Assembly (NCBI GenBank): GCA_963825525.1
Contig: CAWGTN010000002.1
Location: forward strand, 544,001-608,000
Reading direction: 5' to 3'
DNA length: 64,000 bases
From: an uncultured Chloroflexia bacterium
GTDB taxonomy: Bacteria; Chloroflexota; Limnocylindria; QHBO01
Shown here: positions 11,425 through 21,224 of the stretch, in pieces
Numbering within the stretch: position 1 is the stretch's first letter
How the letters are laid out: the number at the start of each line of letters is the position of its first letter
Program-made: the position numbers and the translations under genes
The notes under the pieces: model-generated
The model's database searches: none
Told to the model about the DNA's origin: nothing
What the model saw: only the letters and a program-made list of their open reading frames with translations

Positions 11425-11795
11425 GCCACGTCCTCCTTCACGGCTGCAATCGTCTCTTCCGGGGTGTACTTCGTGCTGGTCACACGCTTGATGCCCCGCC
11501 AGGCCAGCAGGCCGGCACCCACGAGCAGCAGGACCAGCACGATGACGCCGACCCACCACAGGCCGACCGCGACCAGCACCGCCATGACGAAGGCGACCAG
11601 GGCGATCAGGAATACGAGCACCAGCATGAGGGCGATCGCGAGCAGGATGATGCCGCCCTTGAGATGGCCGAGGTTCTGCGCCATCTCCTGCTTGCCCCGC
11701 CGGACCTCCAGCTTCGCCAGGGCCACCCCGCCCGAGGCGAGGCGCTTCACCAGCGTGAATGCGTTCTCTCGTCGGGGCTTGGAGCCTGCTGCCAT
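11391..11795 (-). CDS. YqjE-like / 'phage holin family' membrane protein
   Basis: LAKLEV..., two TM helices, C-terminal PEETIAAVKEDVAW motif; RBS GGAGG. Confidence 0.8.
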   Translation of the reverse strand: MAAGSKPRRENAFTLVKRLASGGVALAKLEVRRGKQEMAQNLGHLKGGIILLAIALMLVLVFLIALVAFVMAVLVAVGLWWVGVIVLVLLLVGAGLLAWRGIKRVTSTKYTPEETIAAVKEDVAWAKNRLLRRG

Positions 11796-11939
11796 GAAAC
11801 CTCCGGTGGATCGGAACGGAAACGCACGCCGATCGGCGCGCGTGAGGCTGACATTCTACCAACGAGCCTCCGTGCCACCACCATCGCAGGTTGGGTGCCA
11901 ACGCACCTTCGAGCCTCGTCCGCTATTCTTCGCGGCCAC

Positions 11940-12623
11940 ATGTCCAAGCGACGAACGTCCGGAATCCAGCGCCGCGAACGCGCCAGCAGCGAAGCCCTGA
12001 ACCGTCGAATCGACGGCAGCAGCGGCGGGATGACGCTTCCCGATTGGCGGCTTCTCGCCATCGGCGGCGTGCTGCTCGTCGGGGTGGTGATCATCGCGCT
12101 CGTCCTCCTGACGGGAGGGTCATCGAACCAGATCGCGGGCGAAACCCTCCCGAACGATGGGCAGCAGCACGTGCCGAACGGGACGACCTGTCGCTCCCCT
12201 GCCGCTCCGTGCGGCGCTGACCCGTATTCGTCGGTTCCTGGCGCGTCCGGGCCCCATTGGGAGCCGTCGGGTGTCGCGAATTGGGGCGTCTACGCCACGC
12301 CGCAGAACGAGTCCCAGGTGATCCACAACCTGGAGCATGGCGGGATCGTCATCTGGTACGACCCGGCGCTCGTCGATGACGCCGATGTCTCCGAAGTGGC
12401 CGGCTACGTCGAGGGCCAGGTCCAGTCGGGCATCAGCGGCAGGTACAAGTTCATCCTCAGTCCCTGGGGAGGCAATGAGGAGCTTGGCGCGGCGGTGGCC
12501 GTGACCGCATGGCGCCACCTCCTCAAGCTCGATGCCGTCGACATGGACGCCATCCGCGCATTCGCCGATGCGAGCTACCTGCGCTACGCACCGGAGCCGA
12601 ACGGCGGTCCGGGACCGCCCTGA
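11940..12623 (+). CDS. DUF3105 domain membrane-anchored protein
   Basis: Basic N-terminus plus TM helix, Y.S.P.ASGPHW, HNLEHGGIVIWY and TAW motifs. Confidence 0.85.
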   Translation: MSKRRTSGIQRRERASSEALNRRIDGSSGGMTLPDWRLLAIGGVLLVGVVIIALVLLTGGSSNQIAGETLPNDGQQHVPNGTTCRSPAAPCGADPYSSVPGASGPHWEPSGVANWGVYATPQNESQVIHNLEHGGIVIWYDPALVDDADVSEVAGYVEGQVQSGISGRYKFILSPWGGNEELGAAVAVTAWRHLLKLDAVDMDAIRAFADASYLRYAPEPNGGPGPP

Positions 12624-12673
12624 CCGTCCCGCGCGGTTGACCCACCCGGTCGCCTGCGGCATCATTCGGTCGC

Positions 12674-12748
12674 GGGCGCCTAGCTCAACGGCAGAGCAAG
12701 TGACTCTTAATCACTAGGTTCAGGGTTCGAATCCCTGGGCGCTCACCA
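12674..12748 (+). tRNA. tRNA-Lys(CTT)
   Basis: GGGCGCCTAGCTCAACGGCAGAGCAAGTGA-CTCTTAA-TCACT...GGTTCGAATCC...GGCGCTCACCA. Confidence 0.97.
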
Positions 12749-12849
12749 ACCCGCTCACCAACCGGGCGATCCTTCTCGGGCTCGCCGATCCGTCCGACCG
12801 TCATCGGGGCCCCCAGGGGCGGCCGCATCGGTCCACACCGGAGGCGCTC

Positions 12850-14130
12850 GTGGCCCACGTCCCGATCCAGCGGCACCTGCTCGACAACGGACTTCGCGTC
12901 ATCCTGTCGCGCGATCCACGCGCCCCGCTGGTGGCCGTCAACCTCTGGTACGACGTCGGGAGCAAGCACGAGAAGTCCGGCAAGACCGGCTTCGCGCACC
13001 TGTTCGAGCACATGATGTTCCAGGGATCGGCCAACGTCGAAAAGGGCCAGCATTTCAGCATGATCCAGGCGGCCGGCGGGACCCTGAACGCCAGCACCTG
13101 GCTGGATCGAACGAACTACTTCGAGACGCTGCCGGGCCATGAGCTCGAGCTTGCGCTCTGGCTCGAATCGGATCGCATGGCAAGCCTGCTGCCCGCAATG
13201 ACCCAGGAGAAGCTCGACAACCAGCGCGACGTCGTGAAGAACGAGCGCCGATGGAGTGTCGACAACCAGCCATACGGCGACTGGGACGAGCGCATGCAGG
13301 CCCTGGTCTATCCCGATGGCCACCCGTACCACCACTCGACCATCGGCTCGATGGAGGACCTCTCGGCCGCCTCGCTCGAGGATGTCCAGGAGTTCTTCGC
13401 CACCTACTACGCGCCAAATAACGCGGTGCTGACCGTCGCCGGTGACTTCGCCGAGGACGAGGCGCTGGCCATGATCGAACGTCACTTCGGTCCGATCCCC
13501 CCGAATGCGTCGCTGCCGGCGGCGCCGGATATGTCGGTCGACCCGCTCATCGGCGGCCCGGTGCGCGACGTGGTGCACGATGACGTTCCGCTGAGCCGGA
13601 TCTACCTCGGTCACCGCATTCCGCCCTTCGGTACGGACGCCTTCGATGCCCTCGACGTCGCTGCCGACGTGCTGGGAGCCGGACGCGCCTCACGCCTGTA
13701 CGCCAGCCTGGTCCGCGAGCAGCGGTTGGCGCAGGACGCCAGCGTCTTTGCCTTCCCGGTGGTCGGCGGCGCCAGCATGTTCGCCATCTGGGTCACCGCC
13801 CGCCCCGGCGTCTCGACCGAGACGCTCGAGCAGGCCACGCTGGCAGAGATAGATCGGCTCGCCACCGACGGGCCCACCGAGGCCGACCTCGAGCGGGTGA
13901 ACAACCTCCACGCAGCCCACGTGGCCGGCGCCCTCGAGCGGATCAGCGAGCGCGCGGACAAGATCAGCATGTACACCTGCCTCTTCGACGATCCGGAACG
14001 CATCAACGACGAAGTGAGCCGATGGCAGGCCGTCGACTCGGACCGAATTCGCGAGGCACTGACCTCGTCGCTGCGGGCGGACAACCGGGTGACGTTGACG
14101 TACGTCCCGGCCAAGGCGGCCGCGGCATGA
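12850..14130 (+). CDS. M16B family zinc peptidase, catalytic subunit
   Basis: Inverted zinc motif HLFEH, NAST..DRTNY, VVKNERR, YYAPNNA. Confidence 0.93.
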   Translation: MAHVPIQRHLLDNGLRVILSRDPRAPLVAVNLWYDVGSKHEKSGKTGFAHLFEHMMFQGSANVEKGQHFSMIQAAGGTLNASTWLDRTNYFETLPGHELELALWLESDRMASLLPAMTQEKLDNQRDVVKNERRWSVDNQPYGDWDERMQALVYPDGHPYHHSTIGSMEDLSAASLEDVQEFFATYYAPNNAVLTVAGDFAEDEALAMIERHFGPIPPNASLPAAPDMSVDPLIGGPVRDVVHDDVPLSRIYLGHRIPPFGTDAFDALDVAADVLGAGRASRLYASLVREQRLAQDASVFAFPVVGGASMFAIWVTARPGVSTETLEQATLAEIDRLATDGPTEADLERVNNLHAAHVAGALERISERADKISMYTCLFDDPERINDEVSRWQAVDSDRIREALTSSLRADNRVTLTYVPAKAAAA

Positions 14131-15470
14131 CGATGCGTCCCGTCGCCGGGGCCCCGCGGGCCTATCGATTCCCCGACTTCGAGCACCACCGTCTCGACAA
14201 CGGCATGGGAGTCTGGCTCGTTCCGCTCCCCGATCGCGAGCTCGTCAGCATCCACCTCCTGACCGATGCCGGCGCCGCCACCGAGGACGAGGACCACGCC
14301 GGGATCGCCGGCCTGACCGCACAGCTCCTGGTGACCGGCACTCGCCGCCTCGACGCCTCCGCGTTCGCCGAGACCACCGAGCGCCTCGGAATCGAGGTCG
14401 GCAGCGAGTCGTCCTGGGACAGCGCGCGTGCCGGATTCACGGCGCTGGGCAGCAAGCTGGAGGACGGCCTCGCGCTGCTGGCCGAGATGCTGCGCACGCC
14501 GAGGCTCGACCCCGGCGAGTTCGAGCGCCTCCGGGGCGAGCGACTGAACGACATCCTCCAGTCACGGGCGGATCCGGGTCGACTGGCCGACGAGAGCTTC
14601 CTGCGGGAGGTCTTCGCGGCCGATGTGCCCTACGGGCGCCTGTCATCGGGGCGTCCCGAGACGATCGAGCGACTGCAGGTCGAGGACGCGCAGGCATTCC
14701 ACGCCGCCAACTACGCACCGAACGTCGCCGACATCGTCATTTCCGGCGCGATCACCCCCGACGCGGCCATGACCTCGGTGACGAGCCAGCTGGGCGACTG
14801 GGCGGGCACGGCGCCCGGCCACCGAAGCTTCCAGCCGACCCAGCGCGGTGGCCGGCGCGTCGTGGTCGTCGATCGCCCCGGATCGGTCCAGAGCGAGCTC
14901 CGCGTCGGGCACCTGGGCATCGATCGACACGAGCCTCGGTATTTCGCCACGCTTGTCATGGCCGCGTTGCTGGGGGGCGTCTTCGGCAGCCGACTCAACC
15001 TGCGACTTCGGGAGGAGCTCGGTTACACCTACGGGGCTCGATGCGCCTTCGACCCGCGTCGAGCCATCGGTCCGTTCACCGCCACCACCGCCGTCCAGAC
15101 CGAGGTCACCGTCGACGCCATCCGCGAGCTGCTCGGCCAGCTCGAGCGCATCCGAGAAGTGCCACCGTCGGACGAGGAGCTGGCCAGTGTCCGGGACTAT
15201 CTCGTCGGCGTCTTCCCGCTCAGGTTCGAGACCACCGGCGGCATCGCATCGGCGATCGAGCCGCTGGCCGTCTACGACCTGCCCAGCGACTGGTGGCAGA
15301 CGTATCGGGCCAACCTGGAGGCGGTCACGCCGGAGGATGTCCATCGCGCCGCTGTCGACTTCGTCCGCCCCGATGAGGCCCTCATCCTGGTGACCGGCGA
15401 TGCCGCCCGACTGCGCGAGGAGCTCGAGGGCGCCGACCTTGGCCCGGTGGAGGTCATTCCGGCCGGCTGA
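14127..15470 (+). CDS. M16B family peptidase, non-catalytic partner subunit
   Basis: Lacks HxxEH; has SRLNLRLREELGYTY (R/Y pair); ATGA overlap with the upstream gene. Confidence 0.9.
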   Translation: MTMRPVAGAPRAYRFPDFEHHRLDNGMGVWLVPLPDRELVSIHLLTDAGAATEDEDHAGIAGLTAQLLVTGTRRLDASAFAETTERLGIEVGSESSWDSARAGFTALGSKLEDGLALLAEMLRTPRLDPGEFERLRGERLNDILQSRADPGRLADESFLREVFAADVPYGRLSSGRPETIERLQVEDAQAFHAANYAPNVADIVISGAITPDAAMTSVTSQLGDWAGTAPGHRSFQPTQRGGRRVVVVDRPGSVQSELRVGHLGIDRHEPRYFATLVMAALLGGVFGSRLNLRLREELGYTYGARCAFDPRRAIGPFTATTAVQTEVTVDAIRELLGQLERIREVPPSDEELASVRDYLVGVFPLRFETTGGIASAIEPLAVYDLPSDWWQTYRANLEAVTPEDVHRAAVDFVRPDEALILVTGDAARLREELEGADLGPVEVIPAG

Positions 15471-16077
15471 CGCTCTCCCCGTGGCGACGCGCCAGCTCAT
15501 CGCGGACCTGTGAGCTGCCGATGCCACGCGCCGCCAGCAGCACCAGCGCGTGGTACACGAGGTCGGCCGCCTCGGCCACGACCTCGCCGTCAGTGCCGAC
15601 CAGCGCGGCAGCGGCCAGCTCGCCCGCCTCCTCGCTCACCTTTTCGGCTGGGCGTCGTGGACCACCGGCCAGCAGGCGTGCCGTGTATGACTCGCCGGCG
15701 TCAGCCGAGCGGCGCTCGGCGATCACTCGCTCCAGGGCGCGGAGGCCGAATGCTGGCGGGCCCTGGTCGAAGCACGATCGCGCCCCGGTATGACAGGCCG
15801 GTCCACTCGGATGGACGCGGTAGCTGATCGCGTCGGCGTCACAGTCGACGGTCATGCCGACCACCCGCATCACGTTGCCGCTCGTCGCGCCCTTGCGCCA
15901 CAGCTCCTGCCGCGACCGGGACCAGAAGTGCGCTTCGCCGGTCCGCTCCGTGGCCTCGACCGCCTCGGCGTTCGCCCAGCCCAGCATGAGGAGATCGCCC
16001 GTCCGCTCGTCGATGACCACCACGGGAAGGAGGGATCCACGCGACCAATCCGGCCGTCGATCACTCAGCCAAGCCAC
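15454..16077 (-). CDS. hisIE: Bifunctional phosphoribosyl-AMP cyclohydrolase / phosphoribosyl-ATP diphosphatase
   Basis: WSRSRQELWRKGATSGN, DCDAD, ACHTG..SCF; SYT..L, KV.EEA.E, EAADL.YH. Confidence 0.95.
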   Translation of the reverse strand: MAWLSDRRPDWSRGSLLPVVVIDERTGDLLMLGWANAEAVEATERTGEAHFWSRSRQELWRKGATSGNVMRVVGMTVDCDADAISYRVHPSGPACHTGARSCFDQGPPAFGLRALERVIAERRSADAGESYTARLLAGGPRRPAEKVSEEAGELAAAALVGTDGEVVAEAADLVYHALVLLAARGIGSSQVRDELARRHGESVSRPE

Positions 16078-16865
16078 GCGGCCACCTCGCGCGGTGTCAC
16101 GACCGGGGCGGGCAGGCGGATGCTGAAACCGCGGCCGGCCAGCTCGGCCTTGAGCGTCTCGACCCGCAGGATCCCGAAGTGCAGCGTCGACGCCAGCAGG
16201 GCGGCCGCGGCACCGACCTCGAAGACCGCGGCCACGTCGTCGGCGCTGCCGGCGCCACCCGACGCGATGACCGGGACGCGCACCGACTCGGCGATGGCGC
16301 GGTTCAGGTCGAGGTCATAGCCCGACCGCGTCCCGTCCCGGTCGATGCTCGTGACCAGCAGCTCCCCGGCACCTCGCTCGACCGCCTCGCGCGCCCACGC
16401 CACGGCGTCACGCCCGGAATCCTGGGTGGCGGCGACCCCACGCACCCGCCATGCCGCCCCCGCGCGGGCGGCATCCACCGCCACCACCACGGACTGTGAG
16501 CCGAGCCGATCGGCGAGGAGGGTCACCAGCTGCGGGTCGCGCAGCGCGGCGCTGTTCACCGTCACCTTGTCGGCACCCGCGTCCAGGAACGCTGCCGCGT
16601 CGTCGACGGTCCGGACGCCGCCGCCGACCGCCAGCGGCACGTCGAGGGCAGCCGCCGCCCGGCTGATGAGGTCGAGCAGAGCAGGCCGGGCGTCAAGCGT
16701 GGCGCCGATGTCCAGGATCGTGATCTCGTCGGCGCCCTCCTCGGCGTACCGAGCGGCCATCTCGACCGGGTCGCCGGCGTCCACGAGGTCCGCGAAGCGC
16801 GTGCCCTTGACCACGCGGCCAGCGGTCAGGTCGAGGCAGGCGATGATGCGGCGACGGAGCGTCAT
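16065..16865 (-). CDS. hisF: Imidazole glycerol phosphate synthase cyclase subunit
   Basis: RIIACLD...RVVKG, GADE, VGGGVR, TSIDRDGT..GYD, IASGGAG. Confidence 0.96.
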   Translation of the reverse strand: MTLRRRIIACLDLTAGRVVKGTRFADLVDAGDPVEMAARYAEEGADEITILDIGATLDARPALLDLISRAAAALDVPLAVGGGVRTVDDAAAFLDAGADKVTVNSAALRDPQLVTLLADRLGSQSVVVAVDAARAGAAWRVRGVAATQDSGRDAVAWAREAVERGAGELLVTSIDRDGTRSGYDLDLNRAIAESVRVPVIASGGAGSADDVAAVFEVGAAAALLASTLHFGILRVETLKAELAGRGFSIRLPAPVVTPREVAAWLG

Positions 16866-17590
16866 GACAGCGCCGCCACGGCCTCGGCCGGGTCGATCGC
16901 CCCGCTGAGGAGTGCCAGGCCGACCACCGCACCATCGCACCCGGCGCTGCGCACGGCACGCAGGTCGTCGAGCGAGCCGATGCCCCCGGCCGCCACCAGG
17001 GTCGCGTCGGGCACGGCCGCGCGGACACGTGCCAGCAGCTCCAGGTTCGGGCCGGCCAGCGTGCCGTCGCGACCGGTGTCGGTCACCACCAGCCGCGTCG
17101 CCCCATCCGTCACCAGCCGCCGAGCGAGCTCCATGGCATCCGTCTCCCCGGTGCGCAGCCAGCCGTCCAGTGCCGGGCGCCCCTCTCGGAGGTCCAGCGA
17201 GACCGCGATGCGGCCGGGATGGGCGAGCGTGCAGGCACGAAGGAACGCGGGATCCTCGATGGCCGCCGTGCCCAGCAGGGCCACGTCCGCTCGCTCCAGG
17301 GGGTCGGCGACGTCGGTTGGTCGCCGAAGGCCACCACCGGCCTCCACCAGCGTTTCCGGCGCCGCATCCCGCGCCGCTTCCACGATCCGACCAACCAGGT
17401 CCAGCTGCACCGGTCGGCCCGCTCGGGCGCCGGCCAGGTCAACGACATGGAGGCGTCGACACCCTGCGTCCACGAACCGTCGCGCCAGGTCGACCGGGTC
17501 GCTCCCCGCGTCGATCCGACGGTCGTAGTCGCCCTGGACGAGGCGCACCGCCCCGCCATCGAGCAGGTCGATCGCACAGATCAGCTCCAC
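16862..17590 (-). CDS. hisA: ProFAR isomerase HisA
   Basis: AIDL..G.AVRL.QGDY, LHVVDL.GA, GGGLR, TD..RDGTL.GPN. Confidence 0.93.
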   Translation of the reverse strand: MELICAIDLLDGGAVRLVQGDYDRRIDAGSDPVDLARRFVDAGCRRLHVVDLAGARAGRPVQLDLVGRIVEAARDAAPETLVEAGGGLRRPTDVADPLERADVALLGTAAIEDPAFLRACTLAHPGRIAVSLDLREGRPALDGWLRTGETDAMELARRLVTDGATRLVVTDTGRDGTLAGPNLELLARVRAAVPDATLVAAGGIGSLDDLRAVRSAGCDGAVVGLALLSGAIDPAEAVAALS

Positions 17591-18202
17591 GTTGCCGCCT
17601 CCACGCGAGCGTCGAGCAGACCGGAGGCGAAGGCTCCGAGAAGGGCACGCCCGGTGCGCCCGCTCTTCTCGGGATGGAACTGGGTCCCGGTCATGGCGCC
17701 CGCTCGGAGCAGCGATGGGAATCGGAAACCCTCGACATCGGTCCAGCCACGAACGGCGGACGCATCGGCATCGAGCCAGTAGCCGTGGACGAAGTAGGCG
17801 TCGAATGCGCCGTTGCCGGTCTGGACCTGGTTCCAGCCGATGTGCGGCACGAGGCGCGGCCCGCCGTCCTTCGGGTCCGGGAACGCTCGACAGCGCCCCC
17901 CGATGAGGGCGAGGCCGGGAGCGTTGCCCTCCTCGGAGCCCTCAAGCAGGAGCTGGGCGCCAAGGCACAGACCGAGCAGCGGCCGGCCCGCCGCTCCCCA
18001 GGCGCGGAGCGGCTCCCACAGGCCGCGCGCCATGAGGGCGTCGACCGCCGACGGGGCGGCGCCGACACCCGGCAGCACGACCCGCTCGGCATCGGCCAGG
18101 CCATCCGGTGCCGGCCACGAGTCGGGCATCGGCGCCGATGGACTCGAATGCGCGCAGGACCGATCGCGTATTTCCGGCCCCGAAGTCGACCACGGCGATC
18201 AC
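17581..18202 (-). pseudogene. hisH: Imidazole glycerol phosphate synthase glutaminase subunit, interrupted by a +1 frameshift near 18110 (probably a sequence error)
   Basis: GTG 18202 gives VIAVVDFGAGNTRSVLRAF...ARLV in one frame; LPGVGA, GLCLG (Cys), PHIGWN, YFVH and QFHPEKS are in the next frame. Confidence 0.9.
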
Positions 18203-18792
18203 CGCAGGGTCTCCTTGGTGCTCGGGAGCGCGGTGCCGAGCCGTTCGTCGGGCTCCCACGCCTGGCGCAGGGAGCGCGCGAGGGACTTCGTGCCCGCTTC
18301 GACCAGGTGGTGGACGCTGGCCGCCTTGCGAACCTCCAGGTGCACCGCCGCACGCGCCTCGCGCGCCAGCGTCTCGACGAAATGGGGCCACAGCTCGAGC
18401 CACGCGTTACCGCCGAGGGGTGGATTCGGTCGCGGCTCCACGTCGGTGTACGCCCGACCACCGAGATCCACGGCACACAGCGCAAGGGCCTCGTCCATTG
18501 GCAGCCGCACGTCGCCGTATCGACGGATCCCGGCACGATCACCGAGCGCCTCGTCGATCGCCCGGCCCAGGACGAGCGCCGTGTCCTCCACCGTGTGGTG
18601 CTCGTCAATGTGCACGTCGCCACTCGCGGAAACCTCGAGGTCGACGAGCGCGTGGCGTGCAAAGAGGGTCAGGAGGTGATCCAGGAATCCAATCGGAGTC
18701 TCGACCGCGGCCGACCCCGTGCCGTCCAGATCGATGCGGACCCGGATCCGGGTCTCGGTGGTGGATCGTTCGACGGAGCCGATGCGGCTCAT
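18199..18792 (-). CDS. hisB: Imidazoleglycerol-phosphate dehydratase (monofunctional)
   Basis: R.T.ET, FLDHLL, DEHHTVED, PMDEAL, HH..EA..K, PSTK; no N-terminal phosphatase domain. Confidence 0.95.
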   Translation of the reverse strand: MSRIGSVERSTTETRIRVRIDLDGTGSAAVETPIGFLDHLLTLFARHALVDLEVSASGDVHIDEHHTVEDTALVLGRAIDEALGDRAGIRRYGDVRLPMDEALALCAVDLGGRAYTDVEPRPNPPLGGNAWLELWPHFVETLAREARAAVHLEVRKAASVHHLVEAGTKSLARSLRQAWEPDERLGTALPSTKETLR

Positions 18793-21224
18793 GCCAGGAC
18801 CTCCATGAATGCCTTGCTCATCTGTGTCTCTTCGGCTTCGAGCCTCGCCGTCGCGCGCAGCCATCCCGCCATGGGTCCGCTCTCGTAGCGCCGCACCGCG
18901 ATGCCGCGGGCCAGGAGGTCGCTGTCCACGCGCTCGGGATCCCCGCCGGCCCGGAACGCGATCGAGTTGGTGACCGACGGCAGGACCTCGCAGCCGAGAT
19001 CAGCCAGGAGGACGGCCAGCCGGTCGCGGGCCGCAATGATCGCGTGGCGCCGCTCTCGGGCGGTTGCTTCATCACTCAGAGCCGCCAGCGCGGCGGCCTC
19101 GGAGGGTCCGGCAATCGAGAGCGGCAGGCGGACCGCGTCGAAGCGATCGGCCAGCACGTCGGCGACGACCAGGTAGCCCACCCGGACGCCGGCGAGGCCG
19201 TGCGACTTCGAGAGCGAACGGAGAACGAGGACGTTCGGCAGGGCGTCCTGCATGCCGATGGCCGATGTCGACCCCGGCGCGGCGCCGATGCTGTCCTCGC
19301 CGTACTCCAGGTAGACCTCGTCGACGCAGACGAGCGAGGGCAGTCCGTCGGCCAGCTCCCTGATCTCGTCGAGCGTGTACGCGTCGCCGGTCGGGTTGTT
19401 CGGGCTGCACAGCCACACCAGCCGGGCGGACTCCCGGATGGCGGCCTCCCGGATCTCGGCCACCGGCTGTCGCCGGGCCATGTCGCGACGTGGAAGGCCC
19501 ACGATCCGGGCGCCGGCCAGACGCGCCTCGACCGCGAACATCGCAAACGTCGGCGTCGGGATGATGACCGCATCCCCCGCCGCCAGGGCCTGGGTGGTGA
19601 CCAGGCGAATGAGCTCATCGGCGCCTGCACCCGGGACGACTCGCTTCGGCTCGACGCCGATCCGCGCACCCAGCGCCGACCGCAAGCGGCGGTAGGCGAG
19701 ATCGCCGTACTCGTTCGAGCGGGTTCCGTCGAAGCCACGAAGGCCGTCGACGACGGAGGGCAAGGCGCCGCCGCCCATGGTGTTCATGTCGGCCCGAACC
19801 ACCGAGCTGACCTCGATGCCGGCGCGTTCGGCCAGCTCCTCGTCCGACGGCTCCGCCGGGTACGCCTCCACCCTGCCCGGCAGGCGGAACAGGTCGATGA
19901 CATCGTCGCCGACCGCCGGCTCGAGCGCCGCGCGGGCCAGGCCAGCTCGGGCGCGCACGCTGGCGGCATGGGCGGGAAGGCCCTCGGCCGCGGCGATCGC
20001 GTCGACGATCGGAGAGATGGCGCGGACCCCTGCCGGCGTGAGCTGCTGGACCTCGATCCAGCGACCGAAGCCCTCGACTCCCACGCCGCTCCAGGCCCGA
20101 GCCGCGGCACCGGTGGGCAGGACATGATTCGTCCCGGTCGCGTAGTCGCCGGCCGCGATGGGCGACCAGGGACCGATGAAGATCGCCCCCGCGTTGCGGA
20201 CCTTGACCGCCAGGTCCTCCGCGCCGGCGCACTGCAGGCTGACGTGTTCCGCCGCCACGGCATTGATCACGTCGATGCCAGTGTCGAGATTCGCCACCAC
20301 CACGGCGGCACCGTGGGCGCGGATCGTTGCCAGGGCGCGTTCCCCGGTCGCGAGATTGGCGGCCTGCCTCGGCAGGGCCTCCGCGATCGCATCGAGCAGC
20401 GCGGCGACGTCGCTCACCACGATGGCCACCGAGTCGGGCCCGTGCTCCGCCTGGGCAAGCAGATCGAGGGCCACGAGGTCCGGGTCCGCGCTTCCGTCGG
20501 CAAGGACGATGCACTCCGATGGCCCCGCCGGCAGATCGATGGCGACGCGGTGGCTGACGGCGCGCTTCGCCGCCGTGACCCACGCGCTCCCCGCCCCGAA
20601 GATCTTGTCGACCGGGTCCACGGACTCGGTGCCGTACGCCAGCGCCGCGATGGCCTGGGCGCCGCCCGCCTTGAGGACGCGGCCGACGCCCGCCATCCGG
20701 GCGGCGACCAGGATGGACGACGAGACCGATCCATCGGTGGCGGGCGGCGTCGCGATCACGAGCTCCTCGACGCCCGCCAGGCGTGCCGGCACCGTGAGCA
20801 TGAGGACGCTGCTGGCATAGGCGGCGCGGCCGCCGGGAACGTATCCGCCCGCCCGCGTAATTGGCTGCCAGCGACGCCAGGCGGTCACGCCGGCACGGGT
20901 CCGAACGCGCCGCTCCTGGCGCAACGCGTTCCGCTGCTCGGCGTGGTACCGATGGATGGCGGCCATCGCTTCGGCCAGGGCCGACTCGAGGGCGGGATCG
21001 ACGCGGGCCGCATCCCACTCCTCGTCCGAGACCCACGGGGATTCGAGATCCGCGCCGTCGAATCTCGCGGTGAGCTGGCGCAATGCGTGGTCACCACCGT
21101 CACGGACCGCCGCGATGATCTCGGCCACGTCGGCGACCGGCTCGGCGGGCCGCAGCGTCGCTGCCCATTCGGAACGAGCCGGCTCATCGAGCGTCGACCA
21201 ATCGACGCGCGCCGGGAGGCTCAT
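18789..21224 (-). CDS. hisD: Fused histidinol dehydrogenase (HisD) - histidinol-phosphate aminotransferase (HisC)
   Basis: N-half: YVPGG.A.Y.SSVLM, GGAQAIAALAYG, AGPSE, AQAEH, GDY..GTNHVLPT. C-half: GADELI, PTF.M, CSPNNPTG, DEVY, RSLSK (PLP Lys), G.RVGY. Single 811-codon ORF from ATG 21224. Confidence 0.93.
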   Translation of the reverse strand: MSLPARVDWSTLDEPARSEWAATLRPAEPVADVAEIIAAVRDGGDHALRQLTARFDGADLESPWVSDEEWDAARVDPALESALAEAMAAIHRYHAEQRNALRQERRVRTRAGVTAWRRWQPITRAGGYVPGGRAAYASSVLMLTVPARLAGVEELVIATPPATDGSVSSSILVAARMAGVGRVLKAGGAQAIAALAYGTESVDPVDKIFGAGSAWVTAAKRAVSHRVAIDLPAGPSECIVLADGSADPDLVALDLLAQAEHGPDSVAIVVSDVAALLDAIAEALPRQAANLATGERALATIRAHGAAVVVANLDTGIDVINAVAAEHVSLQCAGAEDLAVKVRNAGAIFIGPWSPIAAGDYATGTNHVLPTGAAARAWSGVGVEGFGRWIEVQQLTPAGVRAISPIVDAIAAAEGLPAHAASVRARAGLARAALEPAVGDDVIDLFRLPGRVEAYPAEPSDEELAERAGIEVSSVVRADMNTMGGGALPSVVDGLRGFDGTRSNEYGDLAYRRLRSALGARIGVEPKRVVPGAGADELIRLVTTQALAAGDAVIIPTPTFAMFAVEARLAGARIVGLPRRDMARRQPVAEIREAAIRESARLVWLCSPNNPTGDAYTLDEIRELADGLPSLVCVDEVYLEYGEDSIGAAPGSTSAIGMQDALPNVLVLRSLSKSHGLAGVRVGYLVVADVLADRFDAVRLPLSIAGPSEAAALAALSDEATARERRHAIIAARDRLAVLLADLGCEVLPSVTNSIAFRAGGDPERVDSDLLARGIAVRRYESGPMAGWLRATARLEAEETQMSKAFMEVLA

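Noticed and set aside
9670-12748. Prophage or island between the two tRNAs, prompted by a 'holin-family' gene
   Set aside because: No integrase, att duplication or phage genes; the YqjE-like + DUF3618 pair is a common chromosomal membrane module.
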